A stretch of DNA of 64,000 bases from Catajapyx aquilonaris. Its lineage: Eukaryota. The notes beneath the pieces are model-generated. The model was not told the DNA's origin, made no database searches, and worked only from the letters and a program-made list of their open reading frames with translations. The stretch covers positions 1 through 64,000 of the forward strand of contig JYFJ02001333.1 of NCBI GenBank assembly GCA_000934665.2, given 5' to 3'. This document shows positions 11,222 to 23,093 of the stretch, in pieces. The position numbers were made by a program, and so were the translations under genes. Within the stretch, counting starts at the first letter, position 1. Every line of letters starts with the position of its first letter.

Positions 11222-14200
11222 TCAATGGAAGATGGTGTTGAGTGGCTCTGCGCGGATGTTGGCTAAATCCAGCCTGGAGTCCAGCTCCTCGTCCAGCTCC
11301 CCCACCACAACCCTAGAGTAGGAGAAAAAGAAAAAAATGGGAGGGAAGGGCGAGAGAAGATTAAGATAAAGGCAAGGAAAAAAATAATTATATTACTGGC
11401 ATCTAGACATGATCGGTTTTAGCAGCAGCTCTTAATTATCCATGCTCCAGAGGAAGCAGGTTTATTTACTAATGGTCGTATCCCAATCAGTAAAATGTCA
11501 CGTTTTTACTGGCCTTTTTAAAGTGAAACAAGTGACCAGGGAGAGCAACGATCCAAGTCACAACCTTTGTCCGTTGGTTGTTTAATTTGATCCTCATCCG
11601 GCATAGGATAATTGAAAGTTTGCTGCATGTTGTATTGCACGTTATCAGTGTGTCTGCTCAGTGTTTGGTTACTACAATCATGGGCCATGGGCTGATAACT
11701 CCTGTCTTAAAAACTCGTCTTAGTTGTTTTTGTGTTTCTTTTTCTTTTTTGAGACATCACAATTGTCTTTCTCTGGCATTACACTAAGATCAGGAAGGGG
11801 AGGAGAACATTTTTCAATGTGTTTCTGCCGCCTAAAATGTGGCGAACCCCAAGTGTATCAGAGGGTGCTAATGGAAAAGTTTCGTCTGCACTCGGGCGCC
11901 TGGTGTGCAACTCACAACAAGGCAGGTCAGGTAGATTTTTATTTCCTCCCTGCATGAGCATACCCATGCTTCTATAGGTCCGTCTCCCGTCTCTTCCTGC
12001 AGGAAAGTGTAAACTGTATTTGACTGCTGCCAGATTAGAGGAAAGGGCGTTTATATTTATTGTGTAACGGCGATTCAGGTCCGAATAATAATATTAATCA
12101 TCATCCTCTTTAATTGTTCTGGCCTTTTATTACCACCTAGTCCCACTGCGATGCTTTCTAGCTAGAGGCATAGCTCCCACTTCAGTTTTGCTTGCAGCAC
12201 ATGCCGGTGGATGTAGTCCAATGAAATCAAGGAACCCGTGGTCGTGATGCCAAAAGAAAACATTGTCCAGTCAGAGAACATTCCAGGCAGTCTTGACCAC
12301 TCTGGAGACTACTTGATATTCCAGTTCATGATTCTGCACTAGACAAACATTGGACTGGATGTGTTCCCAGAAGAACATGGAATAAAGCTCACATTTCCCA
12401 TGGTAAGTAGAGGTGACAGGTAAGGCGTAAGCATATGATTCCACATTACACTTCCAAACTGTGGTGACTTAAGCACAAACATGTCTCAATGACAACTCGC
12501 AGCTGTGGTTGTCATCCTAAGGGAGGGTAAGGGAATAGCAGGACAAGTTCTATGCAGAAACACACAGCTACACTTTCATGTTGGCTGACGCAGCCCTTTT
12601 ACCTACTTTCCTATGCTTGTATCTGCTAATAACAGGTCTGTATCCACCGGGAAGGAAAGTTACGTCATGGGGGTACAGTGTACCCCTTCCAAGCATGCTA
12701 TACACCTTAGTGCTGGGCCCAAAAAAGCTGCTTTAGAAAAAAAAGCAGTACATACACTGCTTTGAGTTTGAGGAAAAGCTGCTTTTGGAGACAAACTGCT
12801 TTTTTGTTTTTTCTGCGCTCTGCCTTAAACCTGTTTAGATGTCGCGGAACACAGTCAAGTGAGTCAACAACACAGTCTGACTCTTCTGTAAGAATTTAAT
12901 TAGCTGTTTGAATATGTTTATCTAGAGGGGAGGTGTGGTGGCCGAGATGGTAACGTCTCGGCTTGCTGAGTGAAAGGCCCCAGGTTCGATCCCCGCCTGG
13001 GGAACTTTGATTTCACCTGTGTCGGGAGGGTCTCTGACCTGCACCAAGGAGGTGTGTGGCAACCTAACCTCCTGGGGGACTGCACATGGCCCAAAAGCCT
13101 AGACAATGCACCTGTACAAGTGTCCCCTCCCCAACAATCCCTTTCCCTACCCTATATCCTGAACCAGTCCTTGCACGGAGATAGAAGTTAAATAGAAAAC
13201 TGTATGGTGGTCTGCCACCCCCCTAAACGAGCCGAAGGCTCGAGCATGGGGCATCAGTTTTTTTTTTTAAATGTTTATCCAGATATTTCTCCTTCCTGTT
13301 TCCATATACGTACAAAATAACCTGCGGCATTGCGAGGCAATGTGAGAAATTTCTTTATAAAATAAGTTTGAATTCTTTTTATTTCATGTGTTCGGTCCAG
13401 TGCCCAAACCGCGGCACTGTATGTTACAACTGGTATTATTTTAGTATCTAACAATTTGAACGCCCTTTTTATATTCCTCACCTTCAAGTTTACTAGTGTG
13501 GGTCACATGCCGGATATCGCAGATATCCCTTTTGTCACTGGCCGTACTTGCTGTTTATGCAGCAATTGGAACTCCCAAGTATTTATACATGATGTTTTAA
13601 TATAAAATAGATAAAATAAAAGTATAAAACGTCACAGAGCTACTTTCAGTACTTTCATTACTTTGTTTAATCAACGTTCGTAAAAACTGCTTTTTAAAGC
13701 AGCTTTTGCCCAACACACCTATACTAAATCCCATTAGAATACGTTCCCTTTAAAAAGTACTTACACATTGTCCCCTCTGATAATGTGCAGGCCCAGCACC
13801 ACCTGCTCCACTCCCTGAGTAGTGCTGTAGACACGCTCATGAGTCTCATCTAGGATCACATTCACCGTCTGGTCAAACCCCTTCAGAGTTCCCTGTGGAT
13901 AATACAACAATGAACGCTTGCTAATGTGCAGTGCAGTATGGAAATTGAACACATGAATTTCCAAAGGGCCCAAGTCCATCAACGTGAAATTTCCAGGAGA
14001 ATGAAAAAACAATGCCACAAGAAAGGAATTACTGCCTGGCAGTCGGGATTTTAACACAATGAACCATATCTAATAACGGTTGCGTTGAAGCAATATGAAC
14101 ACCATACGACGAACAGGGTGCTAATCATAAATAAAATTAAGTGCCTGACTTGGGTCCTTTGGAAAAACATTTAGTGGATATGGAATCCTGGATAACACAA

Positions 14201-16072
14201 GAGGTAGCCTCATCATTCCAAGACTAATATTGAAGTCAATACCACCTGCTAATGCAGTGTGCAGTACATGGACATCATGAAATCAGAATTTGCAGGCACT
14301 ACTGCAGGCCATACTTGCTATTTTTGTGATGTCCTTTCATGCAGCTAATAACTTGTACAGTAATATGTTTTGCGGAACAGCCCAAATCGCTGACTTGGGC
14401 CTTTCTACCAAACATCGAAATTTCCCTATGCCATTTTCCTCCTGTTCGAATGGGACTTGGGCCTTCCTATGCAGCATACTTATGCAGCCCGGTACTGTGA
14501 ACAAATCTCCAGTCCTACCTCAGTTTTGCCCAAACAGATGACTTGGGCCCTTTGGAAATTCATGTGTTCAATTAGAATCTTTAAGATCAGTACAGGCATA
14601 CAAGACAGATCCATCGAGTTCAGTTTTTGGATTTATGAGTGATTTACACCCCCAATGGTCAGTTGTTTGAACCTGTGACATTGTATGCTCTTGTTTGCAT
14701 AGTTAACCCCAACTCATGCTAATACAACAGGCCAGAAGTCGCATTTTTTTTGTACAGTGTTGGTCATAAATCGAGGCAACTGCCAGCGACATTTTCCAAA
14801 GCGGCCGAAGAAGGAATCTTGCTCGCCCGGCTTGTAAGTATGCTTATCTTCGATTTCTTCTTCTGCCTCTTCGGAAAATGTCGCTGGCAGTTGCCTCGAT
14901 TTATGACCAACACTGTACTCCATTGCCTGGTGAAGGCCATATAACTCCTAAGGATTCATTATGAGCCAGGAAGAAGCCATAATTTTCTGTCTTTACTAAC
15001 ATGTAAACAAGTACTAGATCAAATTATTGCCATAGATTGTCTCGAAACTTTTAGATTTCTCCAGTATGTTGATGGAATGTAAGGGTGGACAGCACCAAAC
15101 TCGGTCAGACCCAATCCAGCCAGATTTCACCAAAAGAACCATGTCATCAATAGGTGGTTAATTTGTGATCCACAACAATGGTTTTGCAGCGAAATCCAGA
15201 CCGATTTATAATACTGACTAGTGCTCCCCAGCCTATTTTAAAACAAGTTTCAAAGTGCTAAGGCACACGCACTTGCAACCTCTCTGCACTGTACAACCAT
15301 TCATTCCAAAGGGAAATTTTGTACCGCATGTAGTAACTTACCACAAAGTTGCGCCCATCTGCTGTTATTATGGACACAGTATCTGTCGAGTTAGTTAAGG
15401 TGCACTATCCAGAAAATGCCTGCCACTTCTTATTGATTCAGTTGCCTGATTTCAAATAGGCCTACTTGATATTTGGGCACATCATCCATGTTAAACATTG
15501 CCTGGTCTCATAAGTAAGGTTCAAATTTGCATAGCCATAGTACATAATATTTTGGCTACGTATTTTTACGTATTACGTATTTTGGCCACGTATTTGGCTA
15601 CTACTGCACACAAATTCTATACATTTCCCCCAATTTTTCATAACATGGTTGCTCCAACAAGCAACATTCCTTAACTGCATAATTATAATTGCCACCCAGG
15701 TCCCAGCATGAACAAAACCTGATTATGCGCAATTGTCTTTCCAACCCAATTGCCACACCGTAAACGCAACAATTGAGAAAAATCATTCAGGGATGCGGGA
15801 AGAATCTAAATTCTGCTAATCTTTCTAAACTAGTCTGGAGCATCCAGTTAGACAGTGCCTAGCAAGCCAAATAGTGGACTGGGTCTAGACCAGGGTCAGT
15901 TTTCTCAGTGCCGTATAAACAACATTAGTAAACATGAAGCCCATTTCTATACACAAAAAAGATTTACCACAAGTTTATGCCTTGATCTACCCAAAACTCC
16001 AGGACTGCTGGCACACCTATTTTTGTTTAAAAAAAGGATACGGTTGATGTAGTTCTCCAGCGCCGAAGTCAT
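11222..16072 (-). CDS. LSM8: U6 snRNA-associated Sm-like protein LSm8 (96 aa)
   Basis: Exons 16072-16042, 15382-15342, 13892-13765, 11312-11222 = 291 nt: MTSALENYINHTVSIITADGRNFVGTLKGFDQTVNVILDETHERVYSTTQGVEQVVLGLHIIRGDNVVVVGELDEELDSRLDLANIRAEPLNTIFH. Confidence 0.95.
12860..13590 (-). pseudogene. Decayed non-LTR retrotransposon (LINE) RT C-terminal fragment
   Basis: Minus-strand YKYLGV motif (~13570-13588), then IIPVVTYSAAVWA...IKRIQTYFIKKFLTLP; removing the SINE restores ETGRRNIWINIFKQLIKFLQK. Confidence 0.7.
12927..13270 (+). mobile_element. tRNA-derived SINE (family B) with T-rich tail
   Basis: A box tggccgagatgg, B box ggttcgatccc, T-run tail, TSD atgtttatc(t/c)aga (12914-12926/13271-13283). 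Confidence 0.8.
13943..14573. mobile_element. MITE with ~34-bp TIRs and internal gacttggg repeats
   Basis: aattgaacacatgaatttccaaagggcccaagtc / gacttgggccctttggaaattcatgtgttcaatt; extra gacttggg copies near 14147, 14393 and 14454. Confidence 0.75.
14755..14915. mobile_element. Tc1/mariner-type MITE
   Basis: TA flanks; ~42-bp perfect TIR cagtgttggtcataaatcgaggcaactgccagcgacattttcc; relative at 24229-24387. Confidence 0.85.
15383..16041 (-). other. U12-type (minor spliceosome) GT-AG intron 1 of LSM8
   Basis: 5' splice site GTATCCTTT; branch-site-like ACCTTAAC (plus 15394-15401) about 10 nt before the AG; no polypyrimidine tract. Confidence 0.9.
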
Positions 16073-16474
16073 CCTGGACAATAAATATTTCCCTGGAGAA
16101 GGCTTTCCACCGGCAATAAATTCGCACGCCAAACGTGAAACGAACAACCAACGATCGTCGAATAAACATGAATCATACATGAATCGCCATCTACTCCAAA
16201 TGATGCACAACTAGATGCATCATAATTTTTTTTGTTAAATTAATGTCGACCTGCATATTTAAACGGTGTTTTGGCGTTAAAATGGCAGTTAAAATATTAA
16301 AAACTTTAAATTCAATAATGGGGATAATGTTGGCCGCTTGGAGGCGCAACGTGACTTGTTGACAAGATGGCGCTCATTTGAAGTTTGTTCGATTTCAGCA
16401 GCGGCATCGATCGAAGGAAGAAAAAATAGGTTTTTCCTTCAAAGGTTGAAAAAAGAAGAGGCTAGTGGGGTCCA
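16073..16474. promoter_or_regulatory. Putative bidirectional promoter LSM8/WDR63
   Basis: Head-to-head start codons about 400 bp apart; CpG-containing stretch with YY1-like aagatggcg near 16364. Confidence 0.55.
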
Positions 16475-19400
16475 ATGGGACCCAAAGGCAAAAAAGGAAA
16501 GGGGGGGAAGAAGAAGGGGGCTGTCATCGAGCCACCCAACTTCCCCACAGAATGGGACGGAGAAGGTAATAATATATATTCAATTGAGTCATATGCTAAC
16601 TGCAGTTTATTATTATTATTATTCCACAGTATCCACACAAATGTGAATAGACAGAAATTTTCACCCTAATCACACTCAAATTTGTGTCGAATAGTAATTA
16701 ACAATTATTTAATAGCTTATTAATTATTTAATTAAAGAATACAAGTTGCATATATCATATTTCATATACCAGCATATACACATCACGGCTTTTCCCAAAA
16801 TAGCCCAGTGGATAACGAGGTGGACCCCGCTACCCTCACATGACCAATTATATTTAAAAATAAGTCTAGTATAAGGTGGAAGAATTACTTATTGGTACAC
16901 TATGGAAAATTACAAAGCAAATATTTGTATGAGGGAACTACCTCCAAATAATGTACGTGTAGCGAATGGTCGTTTATTTTGTAAGGGGTACCACCTGGAC
17001 TGGTGCCAGTGTACCTTACAACTGGAACTCAAGATGCCTTGGCTCTTGTGATTGATGTTGATGTGACTCGAGCAGAGCCAAAGAAGTTCATCCCGAAGGA
17101 AGAACTGCTCAGCGACTTAAAAGATAAAGGGCCTGTGTCTGACTTTTATCTCCAGCGCAGCGGGATACATGTAAATACTGACAATCCTTGCTGCGTGTCG
17201 TGTGATTATTCTAGAGCTTTAAAAATATTACTTATTTTTTTTCTTTCCTTCATCTGCCTTGCAGTATTACCCGGATGAAGAAATTATGGTTTACTATGAT
17301 GCGGAGCAAGTTTACGGGGAGAATTTTGCTTTGTGCCTGACTGAGATAGCTCGTGAGTGGTTGATAACCCAGGTCAGCCAGGAGGATGAAGAGGAAGAGG
17401 AGGAAGAATTCCCACAGTTTTGGGAGCCCCTACCAGCACACCCATGGGTAGAGCTGGGCAGTGAGAAGGAAATCGAGGATGCCCAAGTGCGTCCAAACAG
17501 AAGCAAAGTACGTATATTATTAGTCCTTTTATGAGAATGGCATGTACTTAGAAGTATTTTACTACAGTAAAGAAAGTTTTAGATTTGCTTTTGTTTATAC
17601 TTGGTAGAGAGAGGCAAGAAAACTAATGCCTTTAACAGATAAAAGCTTCACTTGTTATATTTTAAAGTGGATATAACTGAGGTTTTAATATGACATAAAT
17701 TACCCACATGCAGATAGGTTTCCTAATGTCGCGGCCAAGGAAGGATTATGGAGTAAAAGCAGTGGACCTGAGCGAAGCGATGGCTCCGTACGAGGAGTTT
17801 ACCACTATTGAGGAGAGCAAGTTCACAATCTTCAGGAAGGAAATGGACACCGCAGTGCAGGTAAAGAGACATTGGTGCTTCCTGATTGGATGTGCAACAT
17901 TCCTGACCTCTTTCTGCAATGTTCAGGCAATACGAGACACAGCGAATCAGGCAACCCAGTCTGAGGTTCGCAAGCCTCAAAACAGGTGGACACAATATAT
18001 TGCCGAATCACTATCAGAAGATGAGCTTGACGATGTCCTGAATTCAGAAGAGCTTGCTGAATTTATGGCTAATGCCTGCGACAAGTATGTATTCGTTCTA
18101 TATCCAAACACCTAGTGTTGATTCATAATTATGTCTAGTACTAATCATGCATGTGATGCTATGGAATCATAATTGCAGTGTGGAGCGGGCCCTGCAGCAA
18201 AATGAGATCATGGATGTGGCAGCAAATGATATCCAGAGCTTGTTGGAGATATGGGGTGAAGACGGGGCTGAAGGAGAAGGTCGTCACAGGTCCGCCACGA
18301 CCGCTAGAGGCACTTCAGAGGCAGCCAGCTCCGACATGAGCATGATCGAGTACCAGTCCATGACAGACCTGCGCCGCAGCAAGGGAAAGCGCATATCCTG
18401 CATGCAGTGGCATCCAGTCTTCCGCGGAGTGATTGCCTTTTCCTGTATGGAAGACATGCTGTTTGAACAGCGGGTGGATCAGCTTTCCCGCCTGCAGCTG
18501 TCACCTCCCAGCATCATCATATGGACCATACAGGACCCCATCCATCCGCAGATTATCCTGCTCTCTCCTGAAGAAGTCTCAGCGTTTGCCTTCATGCCTA
18601 GTCCTCCGTACAACTTAGTGGTTGGTGGCTGTGTCAATGGACAGGTCATTCTGTGGGACATTGAGCAGTGGTGTGACAAGCTAAAGAACAACACTGTGCA
18701 CGTGAAGGAGACCAGGAAGCCACCATCATGGCTCGTAAGTTGTTTTTTTTTTTGCTCACTTTCTTGTACATATTGTGTAGATAATTATGGCAGTTTGATG
18801 ATGCAGTTAACTTGCCTGATACTGGGGTGGAGCAGGGTTTATGTAGTCGTTCCTCTGGTGAGCTAATCGAAGCTCGTGCTTAGTGTGATCTTTTGCATTT
18901 AATTAAGTCTGTCTGGGCATTCACATGCTGTTCCCTCAGTGTCCAGGTAAAAGCTGTCCATGCCATGATCAGAAACATCCAAACTGAGCTTAGCAACAAA
19001 GTCCTGGATTTGATTATTTGTCCTACTGAACTGTAGCAGTCCTAAGTCAACAACTAGTAATCGTGGCAGCCCATAGTGGCCTGTCACGTCAGTAGAATTA
19101 TGCTGCATATCCTGATAGACTAACTCCTTTATTGCAGACTTCAATTGAAAAGGAAATATCCCCCAATGAGCCAGTCCTCCTCGAGTATGCAGCATCCTCT
19201 AATGTTGAGTTCTCCCACAAGAGATGCATAACAGACCTCCAGTGGCTGCCCTCTTTCATGCAGCTAGGGAAGGGAAACCGCCTGTTCGAGGGCGACTATA
19301 ACATCTGCCACCAGATAGCCACCTGCTCTAATGATGGAGTTATAGCAGTCTGGGACATGCGATACGGGCAGGCTGGATTCAGGGAGAAGTCTGTGAACCC

Positions 19401-21412
19401 TACCGACATGGCCAGTGCTCTCGCAGCTGCCTACGGGAAGCAAAACCCGCAGCAAGTGACTGTAGGGAAGACGCCTGAGCAGCTCAAGCACTTGCACCTT
19501 GACCTCGCTTGGAAACCACTCAACAGGGTAGGTTGGCCAACACTTTTCGCCAATCACAGGTATCACTTTCTTTGGCATCTTTCCCCAACTTGTGCTTTCA
19601 TTTGTTCAGTAGGTTCAGTATAAACAGCTAGCTACGGGACTCCTAACAGACATACTGGTTTTTTGTTGAGGTGTAATTTATCAGACATAACTCTTGTCGC
19701 ACTGAATGTATCACTTACTGGTATATTTTCAATTGAAGACCTCGGGGAAAGAACACTCAAGGTCCACTTTTCGTCACAAATGAGTTACATATCTCATTCA
19801 GAAGATAGCTTCACTAGTGTAGAATAATGATGGTTTGCATTGGTTGGGGATAATGATCATAGTCCACTATGAAAGGCTCTGAATTTACAATATAGAACCT
19901 TGTGGACCTTCGAAATTTAAAATTAGAATGTCTCAGTTTCACTGAGGTGGACCTTGATCGTTCCTCCCCCGAGGTCTAAGTTTTTCAGGCATTATAACAA
20001 AATGTAATTGGCACCCAGGATGCCAATAGTGATGGACTAACAATGTCACAAATTCCCTTTTTTTTTTCTCAGATAATGGTTGTATCTGAGAAGCGCAAGC
20101 GTGATATGATGCTGACCCACTTCAGCTTCCATGAGCAGGCTTCAAAACCACGCAAGCTCACAAAGGAGCCAGATCCCGAGCCAGGAAGTGCAGCAGCGGC
20201 TGCAGCTGCTGCAGCAGCCGCTGCGGCAGGATTAGAACCGAAGAAGATGGTCCTCCTGGAAGAAGCTCAGACCCTGATGTACATAGGGTCAGAGGACGGG
20301 GAAGTGGCTCTGATTGACTGGCTACAGAAGACAGATGCCATTAAGGTTGGAGGTGAGTTGCATTGCATAAGTTTTACTCGCAGAGAGCGATGCAATTCTA
20401 CTGTGAAGGAACAAGAAATGCGAGCTATTACTTGTACTGTTCAGTATTTCTTGAAAGAGCTATCCTCTATTACAAGGAAGAACGACATCCAGGTTGATGT
20501 TGGACTTTATTAATAATGCAACTGTTTCCTCCTGCCAGCGGTGAGGCTGGTGAAGTGGGAGGACCCCCATGACGGACCAGTCTTGGGAATTTCCCGCTCC
20601 CCGTTCATCCAGAAACTGGTGGTGACAGTGGGAGGCTCTTGCGTTGCCTTGTGGCACGAAAGTCTGATCAAAAATCTCCTGGTGACAGCAAGCCAGAACA
20701 ATCGTCCAACCTGCGTGACATTTTCTCCGACCAGGCCGGCAGTTTTCTTTGTGGGAAAGCAGGACGGATCGATCGAGGCCTGGGATCTTCTGGAAAGGGC
20801 AGACGAGCCTATTTTGGTGCAGCAGATCTCCGGTGCCAGAATCACCTGCATCCTGGTGCACCATGCGGGCCCCAAGCATTTCTTCCTCACCTTAGGGGAT
20901 TCAGCAGGGACCCTTCACATATACCTTCTGCCCAGATATCTTTGGCGTGGGCACAACCAGGAGGTTGATTGCTCACTACTTTTCACTTATCTAGTGCCTT
21001 ATTTCAAAAGTCTGACAGAACAATCTAATTCACAGTTGTACGCAGTTGAGAGCTTCATTGAGAGAGAAATGAAGAGGCAAACGTACGTGGAAGTGAGGGC
21101 AGAAGAGCTTGTTGCGGAGAAGAAGGTGTTGGATAAAAAGTTCCAGGACATGAAGTCGGTGAGTGTCATAACTCTCAGCCAGGTCATATGCTTATCATTT
21201 ATTTGGCGCTGCAAATTCTTTTTCAGGCTCCACCACCCCTAATCCTGTCCAACAAGGATGAGGAGGCAATGATGATGGAGAAGTTCAGGCTTTACAGGGA
21301 AATGGAAGAGCAGCTGCTGAACTCCATAGGGGTGCAGAAAAAGGTGGGGGAGGAAAAGCCACGGGTGGAGGAGGATATCACCGGTGACAGTCAAGACACT
21401 CTGAGCGTGTAA
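16475..21412 (+). CDS. WDR63: Dynein axonemal intermediate chain 3 / WD repeat protein 63 (~927 aa)
   Basis: Exons 16475-16565, 16986-17170, 17265-17507, 17714-17860, 17927-18084, 18179-18734, 19138-19527, 20073-20352, 20539-20963, 21036-21158, 21227-21412 sum to 2784 nt in frame; WD40 motifs (ISCMQWHP, VVGGCVNGQVILWD, SHKRCITDLQW, SPTRPAVFFVGKQDGSIEAWD). Confidence 0.85.
19737..19977. mobile_element. Intronic MITE
   Basis: agacctcggggaaagaac.ctcaaggtccac / gtggaccttgatcgttcctcccccgaggtct. Confidence 0.65.
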
Positions 21413-23093
21413 AGGTGCGGGCAGCGACTGAGCAAGTCCAGGTGTGCCTGGCTGCCATCAACCAGCACGAGGAAAGTTGGGGTGCCATCCACCAGGTTGT
21501 AGCTGAAACAACACAGGAATACTATTAGTTGCAATGGTCAATTTGTTTGAAACCTGCTACAAGCAAGTTTGTTTTTTTTGTAGCATACACCAGTGAAGCT
21601 TGAAGTTAAATGACTTCAGGTACTTTTTCTCCTAAGCACAGTTTAACTACAACTGTAAAACTGGCCTTTTAGCAATCTTAATAAACTGTTACACTATGTA
21701 TGCATGTAGTTGTGATGTTACTGAAAACATTAACAAACCCAGGTGCAGACATGATGTCCCTCAGGGTGCTTTGTAGAGAAACCTCTTTGAGGCTGCCTGC
21801 TGCTCCCGTCACCTCATGGTAGACTTTGAGTCGGTTGAGTCTGTACTGCCTGGAAGGATCCCATTCTGGAGGATCCTGGAACATGACCCCCAGATGGTCT
21901 GCAAGAGTCTGATCCTCTCTGAATGCCTGGACAATGTCCGACTGGGCATGCTCTGGGTAGAGGAATAGGACAGGCCAGCACAGGAGGGACGGAGAGGTTG
22001 GATCAAAGTGGACCCGGGTTAGTCCAGGCCTGCTTGGCTCCAAGGATCCCAAATCCTTTACGGGAATTCCCTGGCTGCGGATTGATTCCAGCAGGCCTTG
22101 CTCTTCAGCTTCAAGTTTAGCCTTACGACGGCGGTCTCTCTCAACCAGTTTCTGGAAAACATGAGTCAATGTGAGGCACAAACTGCCACTTGTTACAGGT
22201 CGTCAAAGAGCAATGTTGCTCAGTCTCTACACATTTCAACAACCTGGAATTTTGCATTGCACACTGCAATTTTAAAATGTAATCATGATGTGACACACAT
22301 TACATATCACTACTTTTTTAATTTGCTTTATGTTTACGTACACATTTTACATGGAAATACTGAGCTGCTAATTTAAATTCCACCAAAAAGTAAGACACAT
22401 TCAATGCAGCAATTCACCAACCTTGAGCTTCTGCGCTTCCTTCTGCAGGTCATTCAGCACCTGGCTGGTTGGGTCCAGCCCGAGTCCTCCTTGGCACCAT
22501 TCCAGGGCCTCATCTGGCAGCCCCAGCTTCAGGCAGCACTTTGTCCCACAAACCCATGCTTTCAGATGATCAGGGCACAACTGCAGGCAGGACCTGCAGT
22601 CTCTCAGGGCGGAGCGATGGTTCCCCAGACGGAGGTGGGCAGCCGCTCGGTTGGAGAACAGGGTGGCATGCAGGGACTGGTTGGGGCAACGCTGCTTCAA
22701 ACCCTCTGTGTAGTTGGCAACAGCAAAGCGATACTTCTTCAAGCTGAAGTTGTGATTCCCATCCGCCTTGTAGTTGGAGGCCAGATCTTCTGCCGTGTTG
22801 TCGTCCGGATCGTACTTGAGCTGCTGCAGACCCTCCAGAAGGGGATGGAGAGGCTCCCCTGGTTTGGGCGGCTTAGTCATGAAAAAGGGGTGCTTCTCCA
22901 TCTCCTCCTCCCAGCGGTCCTCCGGCCATCCCTCGGTATACTTCTGTCTCGGCAGCCCCATAATGAAATCCTCCAAGTCGTCATTCAGCTTCTCACACAG
23001 CTTCTGCCTGTCCCCCTCTGACATTGGACCAGCTTTGGTGTCCCCAGGTCTTGTGTCCTCCTTACACTCTTGCGCACCATCAATCCCGTCCAT
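21391..23093 (-). CDS. TTC4: Tetratricopeptide repeat protein 4 (Cns1/Dpit47-like HSP70/HSP90 co-chaperone, ~398 aa)
   Basis: Exons 23093-22422, 22151-21739, 21502-21391; EEEMEKHPFFM, three TPRs (YKADGN...NRAAAHLRLGN), wheel domain WPVLFLYPE...DGTPTFLVL. Confidence 0.9.

Larger units (their letters stand above)
12705..13722. mobile_element. Inverted-repeat element split by nested LINE and SINE insertions
   Basis: Outer arms gtgctgggcccaaaaaagctgctttagaaaa / ctgctttttaaagcagcttttgcccaacac. Confidence 0.5.

Noticed and set aside
22404..23021. 205-aa + strand ORF
   Set aside because: Antisense shadow of TTC4 exon 1 with no recognisable domain
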